Source of the DNA: Octopus vulgaris
Lineage: Eukaryota
Reading direction: 5' to 3'
DNA: 64,000 nucleotides
Assembly: GCA_951406725.2 (NCBI GenBank)
Contig: OX597825.1
Location: 37,572,001-37,636,000, forward strand
Below the pieces are notes generated by a model that had not been told where the DNA came from, made no database searches, and saw only the letters and a list, made by a program, of their open reading frames with translations. The position numbers and the translations under genes were made by a program. Positions 1 through 13,404 of this stretch are shown piece by piece. The stretch's first letter is position 1, and each line of letters starts with the position of its first letter.

Positions 1-190
1 TACTATCTTTACAATGGATTCAGCTGATAATTAGATCCGTCTTTCACATAACAGCAGATGTTCGATTTAAACTCTCAATTCAGCAATGCTCGGGCACTGG
101 ACGAGAGCGTGCAGAACAGTTTCGTGTCTCTGTGTACACCTAGTGCAAATCCGGATGATGGCACTTCCATACCCCGAAAACCCTCCTGAA
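1..190 (-). mobile_element. L1/Tx1-like non-LTR retrotransposon ORF2 C-terminal fragment (CCHC zinc knuckle), pseudogenised, runs off window start
   Basis: Minus strand translates ...GYGSAIIRICTRCTQRHETVLHALVQCPSIAELRV*IEHLL..., the C-x2-C-x4-ET-x2-H-x4-C knuckle typical of L1/Tx1 ORF2, with in-frame stops. Confidence 0.65.
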
Positions 191-3100
191 CCGACCAGCC
201 AGTTGATTCTCGACGCTCACATTTTGTTTAGGTGATATCATTGATCCTATCACTCAACTGGTATTTATTTTATTGAGCCCAAATGGATGAAAGATAAAGT
301 CGACCCTAGCGGAATTTCATATCTGAACGTAAATATGGAGGAAATGTTGCTAAATATTTTGCCCAAGCTGCTAACAGTTCTTTCAGCTCGGTAATGATTA
401 TGATGGTTCCAAATTTTGGCACAAGGCCAGCGATTTCTGAGAAGTGAGGAAGTCGATTCCATCGACTTCAGTGCTGAATAATAATACCCAAGTAAATATT
501 AAGGTCAAGTCTTTATATCAAATGATAAACAAATATCCAGCTTGAAATACTTCTGAAATACCGACTACGTAAGTTATCCGATAAGTTATTTTGTTGGTTG
601 GTTCTAACCTTGCGAGATCTTTGGAATTTTTCGACCACAAAATTGACAGTGATGTGTATTTGAAAAGTGATTTCTTCTATTGTTTTATTTCAGAGCTGTA
701 TGGTTGGAGAATAATAGATTCATCAGATTAACTTACTTAAGTTACAGTTAATGTGTATTTTCTTTACTGGTTACAAAGACTTTACAAAAATACAATCATT
801 TTAGTCGCAACATACAATCACGGATATAATCACTTGCCAAACAAGTATACCTGCAGAACACACATAGATATTCTTAAGCAAATGATACTCACAACCGTTC
901 TTTTTTACTGTGTTATCTGCAAAAGATAAAATGATAAAATACATTGTTAGAACAATGATTTCACTCAACTTTCATCAACAGGAATATAAAGGAATAAAAA
1001 ATAAAATTATATTTATTATACCACTAGAAAATTAAGGAAAATTTATATAAAAACATTTTATGAAGCACCTTATATTGGAAATATTTAAGGCTTCTTGATT
1101 AAGAACCAGGGAAGTAAACGGTATAAATGTTTCAAAAGATGGAAGCAAGTCAGTATTAGTTTTAACAAGATTCCCTTTAAGCAGTGTCTCAAATGTCACG
1201 AAGAGGTTGACATAGTAATAACCTTTAGTGAAACTAATCTAAACATACAGAAATATATTTTTAGCTGTTCGTTGACTTTAGGGACACTTTGTACAATACA
1301 ACTCCATTTAGAAATAACTGCAAACATTAATCTATCTCTTGATATTTATAACAATAATTTGAGAAATTTTCTCCGGTTCGTAATCAAAATGACAGTCTTT
1401 ATAGATTCGAATCTTAGTTTAATGTCACATAACAAGTAAGATTATACAAATAGGATATTTTAATGACTAAAGCTTTTTAAAGTCATTCTAGGGTCAACTC
1501 CTTTCATATGGAATCTACTGACAACGTTAGAGTTCACCTTCATAGCTGAACTTCCTTTACTGATCCTCAATATATTAGTAATTAAATGCTATCGATGTAC
1601 TTTCGCCTCTTTAATTTACGGATGAAGATTACTGCTTCAAATGTATGATTGTAGATATTAATGATCTACGGAATTTGGTTTACACAGTAATTCTATTTAC
1701 TAACAGATACGTATTTATCTACAGAATGATGAAAAACAAACTGTTGGTCATAAGGTTAGATTTTCTTACAAGAATATTATAGGTTATTTATTCAGAAATG
1801 TTAACTTGCAATTTTGTGGTTCAAATCCAACATGCACACACAACACATTTATTACTATGATATCAACGATATAATTATAAGATTCATTAAAGTTGATTAA
1901 GCATGGGGTATACAGATGAGAGATTTTGTTGTATGAGGTCATGGCTTCTTGTAATCTTATTGAATCATGTCAGAGTAGATTTCAGTAGGTTCCCTATGAC
2001 GGAAAGCATTCCATCCATTGTTAATATAATGAAAGAGGGATAATTTGCGGATCAATGCACTAATCCTACTTAGTAATTAAAATCTGGATTGTTAAGACAA
2101 ATAAAGTTTATAACTTTATTGATAACGAAAAGTTAGTTAATTTATGAGGTGAGGCAGTTCAAACTGTGGAGAGAAACCCAATGACAGTCTTTTCATTCAT
2201 CAGAGATCTCATAATCTATTGCACTGTTATACACGGTTAACGAAATATTTGCGTGTAGTACATCTTAGGCAGGCCCATTTACCACAGCAAAACCTTCGGA
2301 AGTTGCTGAAACCAGTATTGTGACAATACACATCGATTCCACAATCATTATTTTGAGTAATTAAATCAGTATTTATTCACACATACGGGGTTACAAGGCA
2401 TTTTGGATTTAAACGCATGGCGAGACAAGTAACGAATACGAAGCAGAAACCATTCAACACGATCATGCACGAACTCTCCTTGGTTATAATACTAGTAGAG
2501 ACACATGGGTGAAAGAGATGAAATTTATACAAAAGCTTCGCAAGTAAATAATGGGAGGCTGGAAAACATTTCAAGGTAATATTTAACCCTCATAGGTTAG
2601 TGTTATAAATTTGATACATAAGAGATTAGGAAGAAATTAATCGAACATTATTTTATCTAATTTTTTACAGCTTCCTCAATTGGGTCATAGTTAAGGTGGA
2701 ACACCACCTAAAGTATAGACAATTTCAATCTGCCTAGTACTTATGTAATCAAATATGAAGGTTGAAGTGCAAAATGGATATAGGTAGACATACGTAGACG
2801 CACATATACACCCACACAGGCACACACAAACACATATGAAATACACTAGGCCTGCCATATAAACAGACCTTGTAAATTGGACATGACTTTCTTTTTATTC
2901 ATTTAATATCATTTTTAACTTCGATAAAGGGTATAACTCGAAACAAAAGAACTTCTAATATGTCTTTCACCTCTGCATCTATTTTCATTGTACACATTCC
3001 CGTACTGCTGTTCTTTCATTTCGTATTTCCATACCATTTTCGGCTTTCCGACTTACCATTAAAATAGTCAGACTTGTGTAGCTTACGGTTTTAAATATAT

Positions 3101-4763
3101 GTGTTTTGACGACTTTTCATCGCATAACCGTACTAGTTGTATTTGGATGATTTTTATCTACAGTATGTGTGTGTGTGTAAATGTGTATGTTTTATTGAGA
3201 GAGAGAGCGAGAGAGAGACCGAGGGAGAAAGGGATAAGGAATCCCTGTCTGTGTGTGCACAATGTGCTTTCACATAGTTTCTGGAAGATTCCACAGCTTC
3301 TCAACCTTCTAAGAATAGCAGCGAATTAGTCTGAAAGCGCATACTACCGTTTCAAAAATGGAGGAAAAAAACATATTGGAACATATGAGCCTAGATACTC
3401 CTAAAAGAGTGGATACTCACAGCAGGTATTACTTCAGCTATATATTTACCCATTCAGAATTCGCTTGGAGATAAACAACCAACCATTAAAACTTTCAGTT
3501 AGAAAGACTTCGTTCACTCCAGGTTTGGGAAAATATATTTGCACAACTAGCCACAAAGTAGGAACGAATTGCAATCCAAATGATTGCGAAATAAACTCCT
3601 TAAACACAATGCAATTTTAAAAAAAAAACAAGAGTCATGTAATAATATCTACGTTGGATATTATCGATGTTTAATGTATTCAGACTATGAATGTGGTCAC
3701 TCAAAGACGATTGGTCCATCAGCATGATGAAATAGATTATTATTTAAGATAAATATTATGTCTTTCATAGAGGTAAATTTCAAAACTGTTAGCGGCATAA
3801 TAAACCAGTATATATAATAGATTGCGCGACTACAGTTGCAAATAAGTTGATATTACTCAAATGTAAAAAGAAATATTAAAAATATTAAATGGAAATATGG
3901 TTTATTCTTCCTATTCAGAAAAATAAATATTGAGAGAAACGCAATTTCACCAAAAGTGTAATGGTCTAACAAACTAAAATGAAAAATATATTTCTAATTT
4001 TTAATATTAATTTTTTACTGATTTATACTGTCTAGACATTCTTTTTAATTACATATGGCATAATTAATAGGCTGCCAGTCACTTGGCTTCGATTATTTCT
4101 ATTACACTTTATGTCACAATTACACGCATGCGAAATAGTTTTAATTTAAAATCTTTACAGACTGCTGTGAGCACGACAACAACTTGAATGAATGACTTCT
4201 CAATAAATAGTTCAATACATATTTAAATAATTACATATATAAACACCGCTAAACAAAGTCCGCGTCGTAATTCGCAATGGAATCTGCACACGCAATGTAC
4301 TACTGGATAAAGGGATTCTTACAATTCTTTATAATTCTTTATAATTACAAAGACTTCCTCACTTCTTTTAGTTTTGTGCAGAATAAATTATTGATGAGTT
4401 TTCAGATATCCATATAAAGTACACCAAGAGAAACATACATACGTAATTAAATACAAGCACATACACACAGTCAAGCACGTATAAACACATGTACATACAC
4501 ACATACTCACATCCCTCCCTCTTACACACACTCGCATATGTGTGTGTGTGAGAGAGTGTGCGTGCATGAGTATGTGTGTTTGTTTGTGTATGTGGGTATG
4601 TGTGTATGAGTGTATAATATATATAATTATATATGTGAATATATATATATATTCGATACATATAAAGGGTGAAATATAGTTAATTTAATAAAATTAGTAA
4701 ATTTCACCTAGTAGTTTTTTCGGTATGGAAAGGACCATATTCGGTAAAAATTATATATAATAA

Positions 4764-5034
4764 TAATAAAGGGTTATTTGCAACAAGTTGCTTAAACCAC
4801 ATACCGAAAATATTAGAAATAGCAGCCAGATAGGTTACCATTACTATTACTACAAACAGAAGTATCCACAAACAACAGTATTTGTAACCGTTCTCTTTAC
4901 CATATACGGGTTACAAATACTGTTGTTTGTGGAGACTTATTTTTGTAGTAATAGTAATGGTAACCTATTTGGCTGCTATTTCTAATATTTTCGGTATGTG
5001 GTTTAAGCAACTTGTTGCAAATAACCCTTTATTA
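4764..5034. repeat. Foldback palindrome (about 125-bp arms, about 19-bp spacer) embedded in (TA)n
   Basis: taataaagggttatttgcaacaagttgcttaaaccacataccgaaaatattagaaatagcagcc...gtaacc is mirrored by ggttac...ggctgctatttctaatattttcggtatgtggtttaagcaacttgttgcaaataaccctttatta with only a few mismatches. Confidence 0.9.
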
Positions 5035-5550
5035 TAATTATATATATATATGTATTTATATGTATGTATATATATAAGTATATATATGTATATATGTATA
5101 CTCACATATATATGTGTGTATGTGTGTGTATATATATATATATATATATTGATACATATAAGCATATATATATATATATGTGTGTGTGTGGGTGATTAGT
5201 TACACTCTGGAATATCACATTGTTACAAGTTTATGTCACCATTAATCATACAACTGGAGTAGTTACCGATGAGGGCAGAATTTTTAGACGGAGATTTAGG
5301 CTAAGTATAATGAAATAAACTTTATTAAAAATGGGCAATTGCACTTTAGAATAAAGTCTCCTCAAATGTAAAATAATATACATAAGATGTAGATGTCTGT
5401 ATAACATAAGATATAAATATATGTAGAAAGCATAGATACGCATGCATTTATGAACTCACAAATATTAGAAGCACACATCGTTAAACATACAGACGTCCAT
5501 ACGCATTCAGGTACATAGAAACATTTATCTACATATGAAGGTCTGATTTG

Positions 5551-5647
<97 letters not shown>

Positions 5648-6228
5648 TTACATATATATCAATGCACAAAGTATTTTTAACGTATTTTCTTTGGAAATAT
5701 GCTACTGAGTAGGGTAAATAAACTATTACAATGAAGAAATCACACAAAATGTCTCTTATATACAGATGGATAGTAATGCGAACCAGCGAGGTCAATCAAC
5801 CACCTACAAATATCTTCCAAATCACCCATACTGCCTTTTAAAAATCGATGGTCCTTATTGGATTATGTTGTACCATAGAAAAGATACCTGAATAAAGGTT
5901 ACAGATAAATAGCCTTTGATCAAAGCATTCCTTTATTATGGTTGATCTGAGAAAAATTGACATATCACTCACTGCAAAAGCAACTAAAACCAGTCATTCA
6001 TAGAGACACATATTTACATACAGATGTTGACAAACAATATGCATACGCAATATATACACATGTAGATAAACGCGTTTATTGAAGCACATGATGTAAGCGA
6101 AAACCTGGTTATAATTTTTTTTTTTAGATAAAAGGGAATCGAGAAGTGATGCATGAAAGTATGAGTAAGATTGCAACTGAGGAAGGTGGATGAGAAGGAG
6201 AAGGAAGAGAAGAAGAAAAAGAAGAATA

Positions 6229-6285
6229 TGATGATGAGGTGGTGATGATGACGATGGAAATGATGATGACGACGACGACAACGAC

Positions 6286-6328
<43 letters not shown>
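6229..6328. repeat. (GAT/GAC)n trinucleotide microsatellite
   Basis: Directly visible; it produces the poly-His and poly-Ser ORFs at 5994-6523. Confidence 0.95.
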
Positions 6329-6330
<2 letters not shown>

Positions 6331-7049
6331 GATATAAAAGAAGAAAACGAGAGAATAACATGCGAGTTATTACGATACAATAATAGGCATACATGCTTTC
6401 TAACGTGCTAGCGGAGGAGGAAAGCTGAGTGAAAACATTCAAATGATAGAAGTGATGAAGTGTGAGGGAGAGGAAGGGAAAACTATAAACCGATTTTTCG
6501 TAAAGAAATATCCGGGTTCTCAAGGAAATTTCAAAGAGCTTCTTGGGATTTCAAAAATATTTCAAAGACAGTTTAAATCTTCGTAGAGGATTTTCGCATT
6601 ATCAAAAGATTTTATAAACCAACCTGTGGCAAGTATAAAATTTCTCATTATAAGATATATGTTTGTAACTGTATGTATGTGTATGTTACATGTTTATTGC
6701 ATTAAGGGAAGATCCACCTCTAAAGGTATTGATACAGGACTGAATAAAATTTTGCACTGACAGGTGTGTGCATACTTAGATTTGACTTATCATACCAGTC
6801 CATACAAAGATTTCCTACCGATACCCGTTTGATTGTCATTTCAAATGTATCCTAAATGGACTGATCAGTCATATTACCAAGAGGTATTATAAATATGACC
6901 CGTTCACTCTTAACAATGATATAAAGCAAGGCTTTTTCCATTGCACACATTTGGTTTAACAAGAATATTTTTCTGAAATATTCCACGCCTTAAAGCACTG
7001 GTAGCACGTTTAAGCACTGTGCAAAATGTCGTGATCTATGGAGAGGTTT

Positions 7050-7640
7050 CGACTAAGCCAATGGCGTATTTGAACATTTGCAGTATCGCTTGTGTTTAGA
7101 AAGAAATTTTCGTCTGGGCACTAAAATGGAAGTCTGCTGCACTGTGGCTCTCCTTTATGATTGAGAGTCGCAGATCACATGCCACTCCCATTTCGAGAAT
7201 GGAAACAGTTTTAAATACACGATTTCAGGAGGAATGTGCAGTTTTATTGGGAAGGATAAAATATCAACACAGAGATCCTACGACGATGCAAAACTACTCG
7301 TATTGAATTCATCAAAATCGAAGAACGTCTGCTTTGGCTTGGAGATTGTCACAAATTTATCCAAATTCGTCAGCAGAACTCATCGTCAAAGCCACTCTAA
7401 AGTTTGTAAAGTCTACCTAACAATATGGAAAGCATGAGCCAACAACCAGTCACAAATATGGAAGATATGCTACGATGTAACCCTGTACTTTGTGAAGCAT
7501 GAAGCAGCGCAAGTGTCGGCCCGCTGTGAAGAGCGTCACGCCTCCTGAAGCAAGCAGCCTATACCGTCATCTTACACATGCACTGAGTATGAGTACATTT
7601 CTCTGAGTGCTCAATGTACTACGGCATCATCTCGAATCTA
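7050..7640 (+). mobile_element. Decayed RTE-clade LINE 3' region
   Basis: Frame-broken translation ANGVFEHLQYRLCLERNFRLGTKMEVCCTVALLYD*ES... then KTTRIEFIKIEERLLWLGDCH, resembling the RTE 'AFGRL..VW....L.TK..VY...LLYGSE' and 'RLRWLGH' motifs. Confidence 0.6.
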
Positions 7641-10519
7641 GACATTGCCATAGCATGTATTTTTAATGGATTCAACGCATATACAGATACGGTGCATTAG
7701 ATTAGATTATTTGTAAGGTATTATCAGTCATGTTTATTGCTAAGTTCATGATTCAAAAATTTCTTTAAAATTAGTTAAATATAAAATATATTCTCATTGG
7801 TGGAAAGTTGAAGGCTAAAAATTATCAAGCAAAACCTGTCATCAAACTTTTCGTGGTTTGAGGAAACTCATCCTTTGCTCAAATGGAGTAAATTTCTATT
7901 TCAAGTCATCGATTCAACGAGATTCTGTTGCACATTCAGCAAACATGTAAAGCACCTCTCGCTGATTTATACAAGTTATTTTTTTTTATTGCAGTATGGA
8001 ATTATATACTTTTCTTGCTTTATTCAGAAGATGCAGCTTCTATTTTTATCTCTATTTGCACCCCATTCAAGACTTATCCTACAGGATAAACAAACCGTTT
8101 TAATTTCGTTAGATAAAGGATTGCTTTTACATGCAGAAATCCAAGAAAAATAATTTATTAATGTTTCACGGAGGATCAGACTAAACGCTGAGATCCATAT
8201 TATTAAAAGCAATTACAACTGTGCCATTTCCATTACTTTTTTGTTTCAGGAAATATATAAATAAATGCGTTGTTCAAAGTGTTCCTCCATTCTTTCAGAA
8301 GAGGATAGGTTGTGATTTTCTAATCGCTTACTCCGCTGGGAAGAGCGGGATGAGCGATTATATTTATCAGGGAGAGGCTTGAAATATCGTGTTTAATTGA
8401 GAATTTTTATAGGTATCATTCATTGGTATTAAGCAAATTTAGGGTATTTAACACCAGGGTGAATATCCTGAGTTATCGATTATGGTGTGTGCATCATGAT
8501 ATCACAGCACTTGAATAATAATCTACAGTATTTAACTGAGAGCATTTATCTTGGAAATGCTTCGGGATTTTCAGCATTAACCTATACTTTCATTGCATGA
8601 AGTATCATATTACTCTGTAATTTATTTCTACTGTGCTTATAACACACCTCCTCAGACTAGTTGTATTCTGAACATAGTTGTAACACGTAATCGGTTACAT
8701 GTAGAAGAAAAGCTATAGAAACAAATCATATTTTACACTTGATTGTATTGGGATTAGAAACACAAAAGAATAATCTAACCGATGTATAATCAATAAATTG
8801 TAAGCTGAACGGAATCAGTAGGGATTTGCATATTCTGACGTCGTATATAAGTTCCTCTGGTATGTGTGCTATTTCAAAACTGAAACATCTCTTAACAAAA
8901 ATAAACTATTTCAAGAAACATACTACTCTACACTCTTAAATTAACGTACAAATAATGTGAAGTTATTATTTTTCGAATAAAAGATAAAAAAAACTTCTTA
9001 ATTTCAACTATTACGTATGTACGAAAAAGGAAAAAAAGAGAAAAAAACAAATTACTAACTGGAAATTTCAAGTAATATATGCCAAACGTCTTGAATTTAA
9101 TTAGAACAAACAAGATTGAAGGAGACTCTTTATCCCAAAGAAATTAACTCACTGAATGTAAAAAATAAAAAGTAGCTGATTTTGAAATCGGGACGATAGT
9201 AACTTTGATAATGACTAGCAAATACAGTTTTAGAAGTTCTCATGAGTTTCTTTTTGTGTTATAGAAAATTCGAAAGGCAATCTTATTATTTCTGAGTAGA
9301 AGGACGTTTTACGTACGCAATCAATAAGACTTATATTAAAACCAGTACATTTTGATGAGATATTGATCTGCAGAAAGTGAAAGAGCGCAACATAACAAAA
9401 AACTATTTAGATTTGCAACAAAATAAGTAGACGAATGAAAGAATGTAATCAAGACTCAACTAGACAGAAGGGATTTATTTGAAACCGGAAAAAGTATTGC
9501 AAGGGGATTATATGGTTTAAGAACTGAAGATAATGGGCAGGCATAGGAAATGGATGCTGAAAAGCTTATGTCAATATAAAGCTGTACGATCCTTTGAAAA
9601 AAAAATCAATTTGTAGTAAAGAAATTTCTTCTTTTTTTATAATTTGTTAGAACAAGTTAAGTATTTTTTGTTTTAATAGTTTCTTAAAACATAAAACAAC
9701 TCGTGTCGTTACAAGTAATATTTAAGAAATATATACTTTAAATAAAAACAAATTACTCTACTTTCCTAGTGCACATAAGGGTATGTAAGAGTACTCCAAT
9801 TATTATTTAAAAAATCCTATTAATAATAATAAAGATTGTAACGATTATTTATCGTAAGGTATGGAAATTATTTCATATAAAATTTCTGGTTTCATACTTT
9901 CTTCAGGTATTAAACAGCAACGTATTGTACCGTGTCTCACACAAATTAATGAGATATCGATCTATACTTTCTACAAACTGGATTCTTCGCGCCACACTTC
10001 TGAGACAAAAATTATATTTTATGAAAGGCATCGATGTTACACATTTCTACTTTGTTATGTGAGTTCATACATATGTAAATATGTATGTAGGCGCTCGTGT
10101 ATATGCATATATATATATATACGCTGTTGTTTAAGTTTTCTGTCTTTTTACATTTAAAAAAAATTATCACCGTTATTCAAAAATGGTCCCTCCCCTGTCA
10201 GTACTTCAAATATATTTATCCATTAGTACTAGTAAATACTCATTTCTCTCTAAAGAGAATTCCTGCCCAAGATGTTATGTGACGGAATTGAGGGATAATT
10301 TGTATGACTGCAGACAGAATATTGATTTTCCTACGAAGAAATTTATCTATCTTTCACGTGAGACTGTATGTTGTTGGTATTTAGAATGGGTTATCTCTCT
10401 TACTAGGTTTACATATTGGCAAAATATGATTTTGATAATCTTCTGTTAACTGAGAATGAAGGTTTTGCGTTTTCTTGTTGAACAACCTGCTCAAAACCGA
10501 TAGGTTTATGGAGATTAAA

Positions 10520-10690
10520 CGTATGTGCTGTACATTAACTTCATTTCCCCAACAAATCGACGTTGCCTTAACAGGTGCATTGTGTACCACACGTTAGGTG
10601 CCGAAGAAATTACAGAGCAGCACTCCAAGAATTGACACCACGATCACGCAATCAGGGCTGCGTCTCCTAAACCACTAGGACATACGCTCT
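10520..10690 (-). mobile_element. Old tRNA-derived SINE fragment
   Basis: Minus strand begins agagcgtatgtcctagtggtttagg...gtggtgtcaattcttgg (degenerate A and B boxes), similar to the head of the copy at 49697. Confidence 0.45.
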
Positions 10691-12099
10691 GACTACACAA
10701 TATATATTGAACTCATAAATTACCAAAAGCATAGATATGTTATGGGCGCAGATTATAGATATGTGACTATGATGTTCAGTTCGTAAGTACATCGTTTGGT
10801 GATACTGAGCAATACGGGTCGATCAACATCTGGTAAGAGAAACATTGTCGAATTACATAAGAAAAACTGCGTCTTTTCTTCGTTGTTACTTTTATTATCT
10901 CTGCATTGCCTTGAACAGACAATTCTGAGGTCTACGTTAGCTTTTTATCCTGTACATCGGGAAGCTGAAAGCAGTCATGTGTGCTGCACCTCTTTTTCTA
11001 CGTAGGTGATAAAAAATAAGTCAAGAAATAACGACTTACGTGTCGTAGAAAATAAATACTATATTCTTAGTAAATGCTATAAATATTTTTAAGAAGACCT
11101 TTAAGCAATGCAGGTGTAAAGATAGGCAACATATGCGAAGAAGATATTTTATCACCCTACGTAGATTGCACCGTTTGGAAAATCTTTTAATCAATTACAA
11201 TACATAAAATAATCTAAGAGATTGGAGTGTTATTATCGGCAGGTGATTCTGGTGTGTTGTGACGGAAAGCAATGATGGATTACTGTATATATGTTGATGG
11301 CTAGTAAAGATAAGTCATATCAGTAATAGCAGCTGATGTGGTGTGTCAGTAGCAGGTATCCTGATAATTAGAATTTTTGTGGGGGTGCAAAGGAGTAGTG
11401 TGAAAGGTCACAGGAAAATAACTGAATGAGAAGGTAAGATATTTATATATTTACTATGTTTATGAAAAAAAGCGGTGATAAAATGAAAAACAATAAGTTA
11501 GTAAAATGTGTGAAAGAGTGTTGAGAATGATCACTAGGCAGTATCTGAACTTTGCGGTTTGCTTCCATACCATAGCAGGTTAACAGAAAGAAATTAACTA
11601 TGTTCGTAAAGGAAAAGTTATAATAAGCTCTTAGGTTTTCTAAGGCATTATGAGTGAGGAATAAGTAGAAAGAGAAGAAAATATGTGTGTGTAAGGGGCT
11701 TGTAAATTGAACTGGTTAAAAAAGCCAGTTTTGCCTCTTCACTTTGGAAATCCTGTTAATACCTAGTCTATGTTACTTCAAGCAAAAAGTATCCTTAATT
11801 CTCGAGTTATCAACATCTCGGTGAGATTTAATAGGTGTAGCGAAAAATTACATCTACACTAAAATTATGCCAGCTCCGCTTGCACAGATGAAGTCTTTGT
11901 ATAAACTCATCCGAACTTTCTCCATAAGCGGGAAAAGAACGTAGGGCAGTTTGGATGATGCACAAATTCCTTTTGTATGTAATTGTACTTGGTACTACGG
12001 GGTAAATTGAATTTGAAGTGTACGAAAATGTCTCTGCAGGCCATCTTTCTTCAGTCGTGATCATATCCCCTTCCGAAATGTTAAATATAAGTTCAAGTT

Positions 12100-12850
12100 G
12101 CAGGAGAGCTCCTATTTCGTTCGGTGTTCAATAGTGAATAAACTCTCCTACATACGTCTTTATTCATATAGGAAATCTCGGTTGAATCATTACAGAGATT
12201 CAATGGACTCCATCCGAATACATGCAAGCACAGTAGGCATATTTTCAATCTCGATTTACTTTCTCTCTGTATCTCTGCAGCTACCCTTGCAGCTGTTGAC
12301 CTAGACCATACTATAATAGGCTATACTACCTTCTCTAATCTTCATGGTTAAGGTCTCACTACCACAGACATTCACCAACTCCTTTCCATCATTGTTACGA
12401 TCATTTAATTTCAAGTATTGTATCTTCAAACAAATCTTCGTAATACTCATGGGATTCTGTCGCTCAGCAGTGCTTGTCTTAACAAAGATGAATGACTTCA
12501 AAAGCCCTACAAGGTACGTCAATAATATATTCATACTCACACAATCTCGCATAGAAGTTAACTCGATCCTTGACATATTCAACAGTGTTGGCGAACGCAT
12601 AGATTTTGCTATTGGATACACCGACGAAACATGAGATCTTACCCTACTTGGCTTTGTATTTAACATTTCAGTAAAATGTTGATATCACCAAACGACTAAA
12701 CAAGAATCGGCCTTCGGAAACTTGTTCGTACACTTTAAATCATCTCTTCCCCACACTACGTACCACAGCAACACACACAATTAATTTGCCCGCATACATA
12801 ATTGATGTAGCAAAGCAACCGATCGAGGCATTTAAACTACACATTTCCAA
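12100..12850 (+). mobile_element. Penelope-like element reverse-transcriptase core remnant
   Basis: ORF 12344-12634: FNFKYCIFKQIFVILMGFCRSAVL...RYVNNIFIL...ILDIFN...IDFAI matches PLE RT 'F.F....YKQ..G..MGS.LS', 'RYVDDIF' (here YVNN, catalytically dead) and 'I.F.IE'; followed by NLFVHFKSSLP. Confidence 0.75.
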
Positions 12851-13404
12851 AAAAGGAAGAACAAACAAAAAAAATTCATTGACATTACCTTACAAATTTT
12901 GCCTCACTTCTAACGTGCACTGCTTATAGGACTCCTTAAGAATATATAATTTACTCATTACAATGTTTCTAGCAAATTGAAAATCATTTTTATAATACTT
13001 AGTTCACTCAAACGATCTATAATGTATTTTAGTCCTATGTTCATCTAGTATTTCCGATAAAGAGTGATTGATAGAATTCAAATTTTCTGTTTTGAAAAAT
13101 GTTATTTCCTTGATACAAAAGTAATGAATATTTTAGAGTATTTTTGGTAGTATTATAAACGTAGATAATTATCAGTTGAAATGAAACTAATAAAAACTGG
13201 TTTTATCAATTAAGCTATGTAAGGCAGCAACTTGGCAGAGGCTTTAGAACGGCGAGAAAATGCTCAGTGGTACTTCGTCCGTTCATCCTTCTATCTCTCC
13301 GTACATACGTACATACATACATACATACAGCTGATATAGGCATGGAATTTGGACATAATAAATGTTCATATTTGGTTATAGAACGAGGAAAGTTAGTCCC
13401 CCAA

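Noticed and set aside
5994-6523. Poly-His and poly-Ser ORFs
   Set aside because: Translations of a (GAT)n microsatellite; no splice or domain support.
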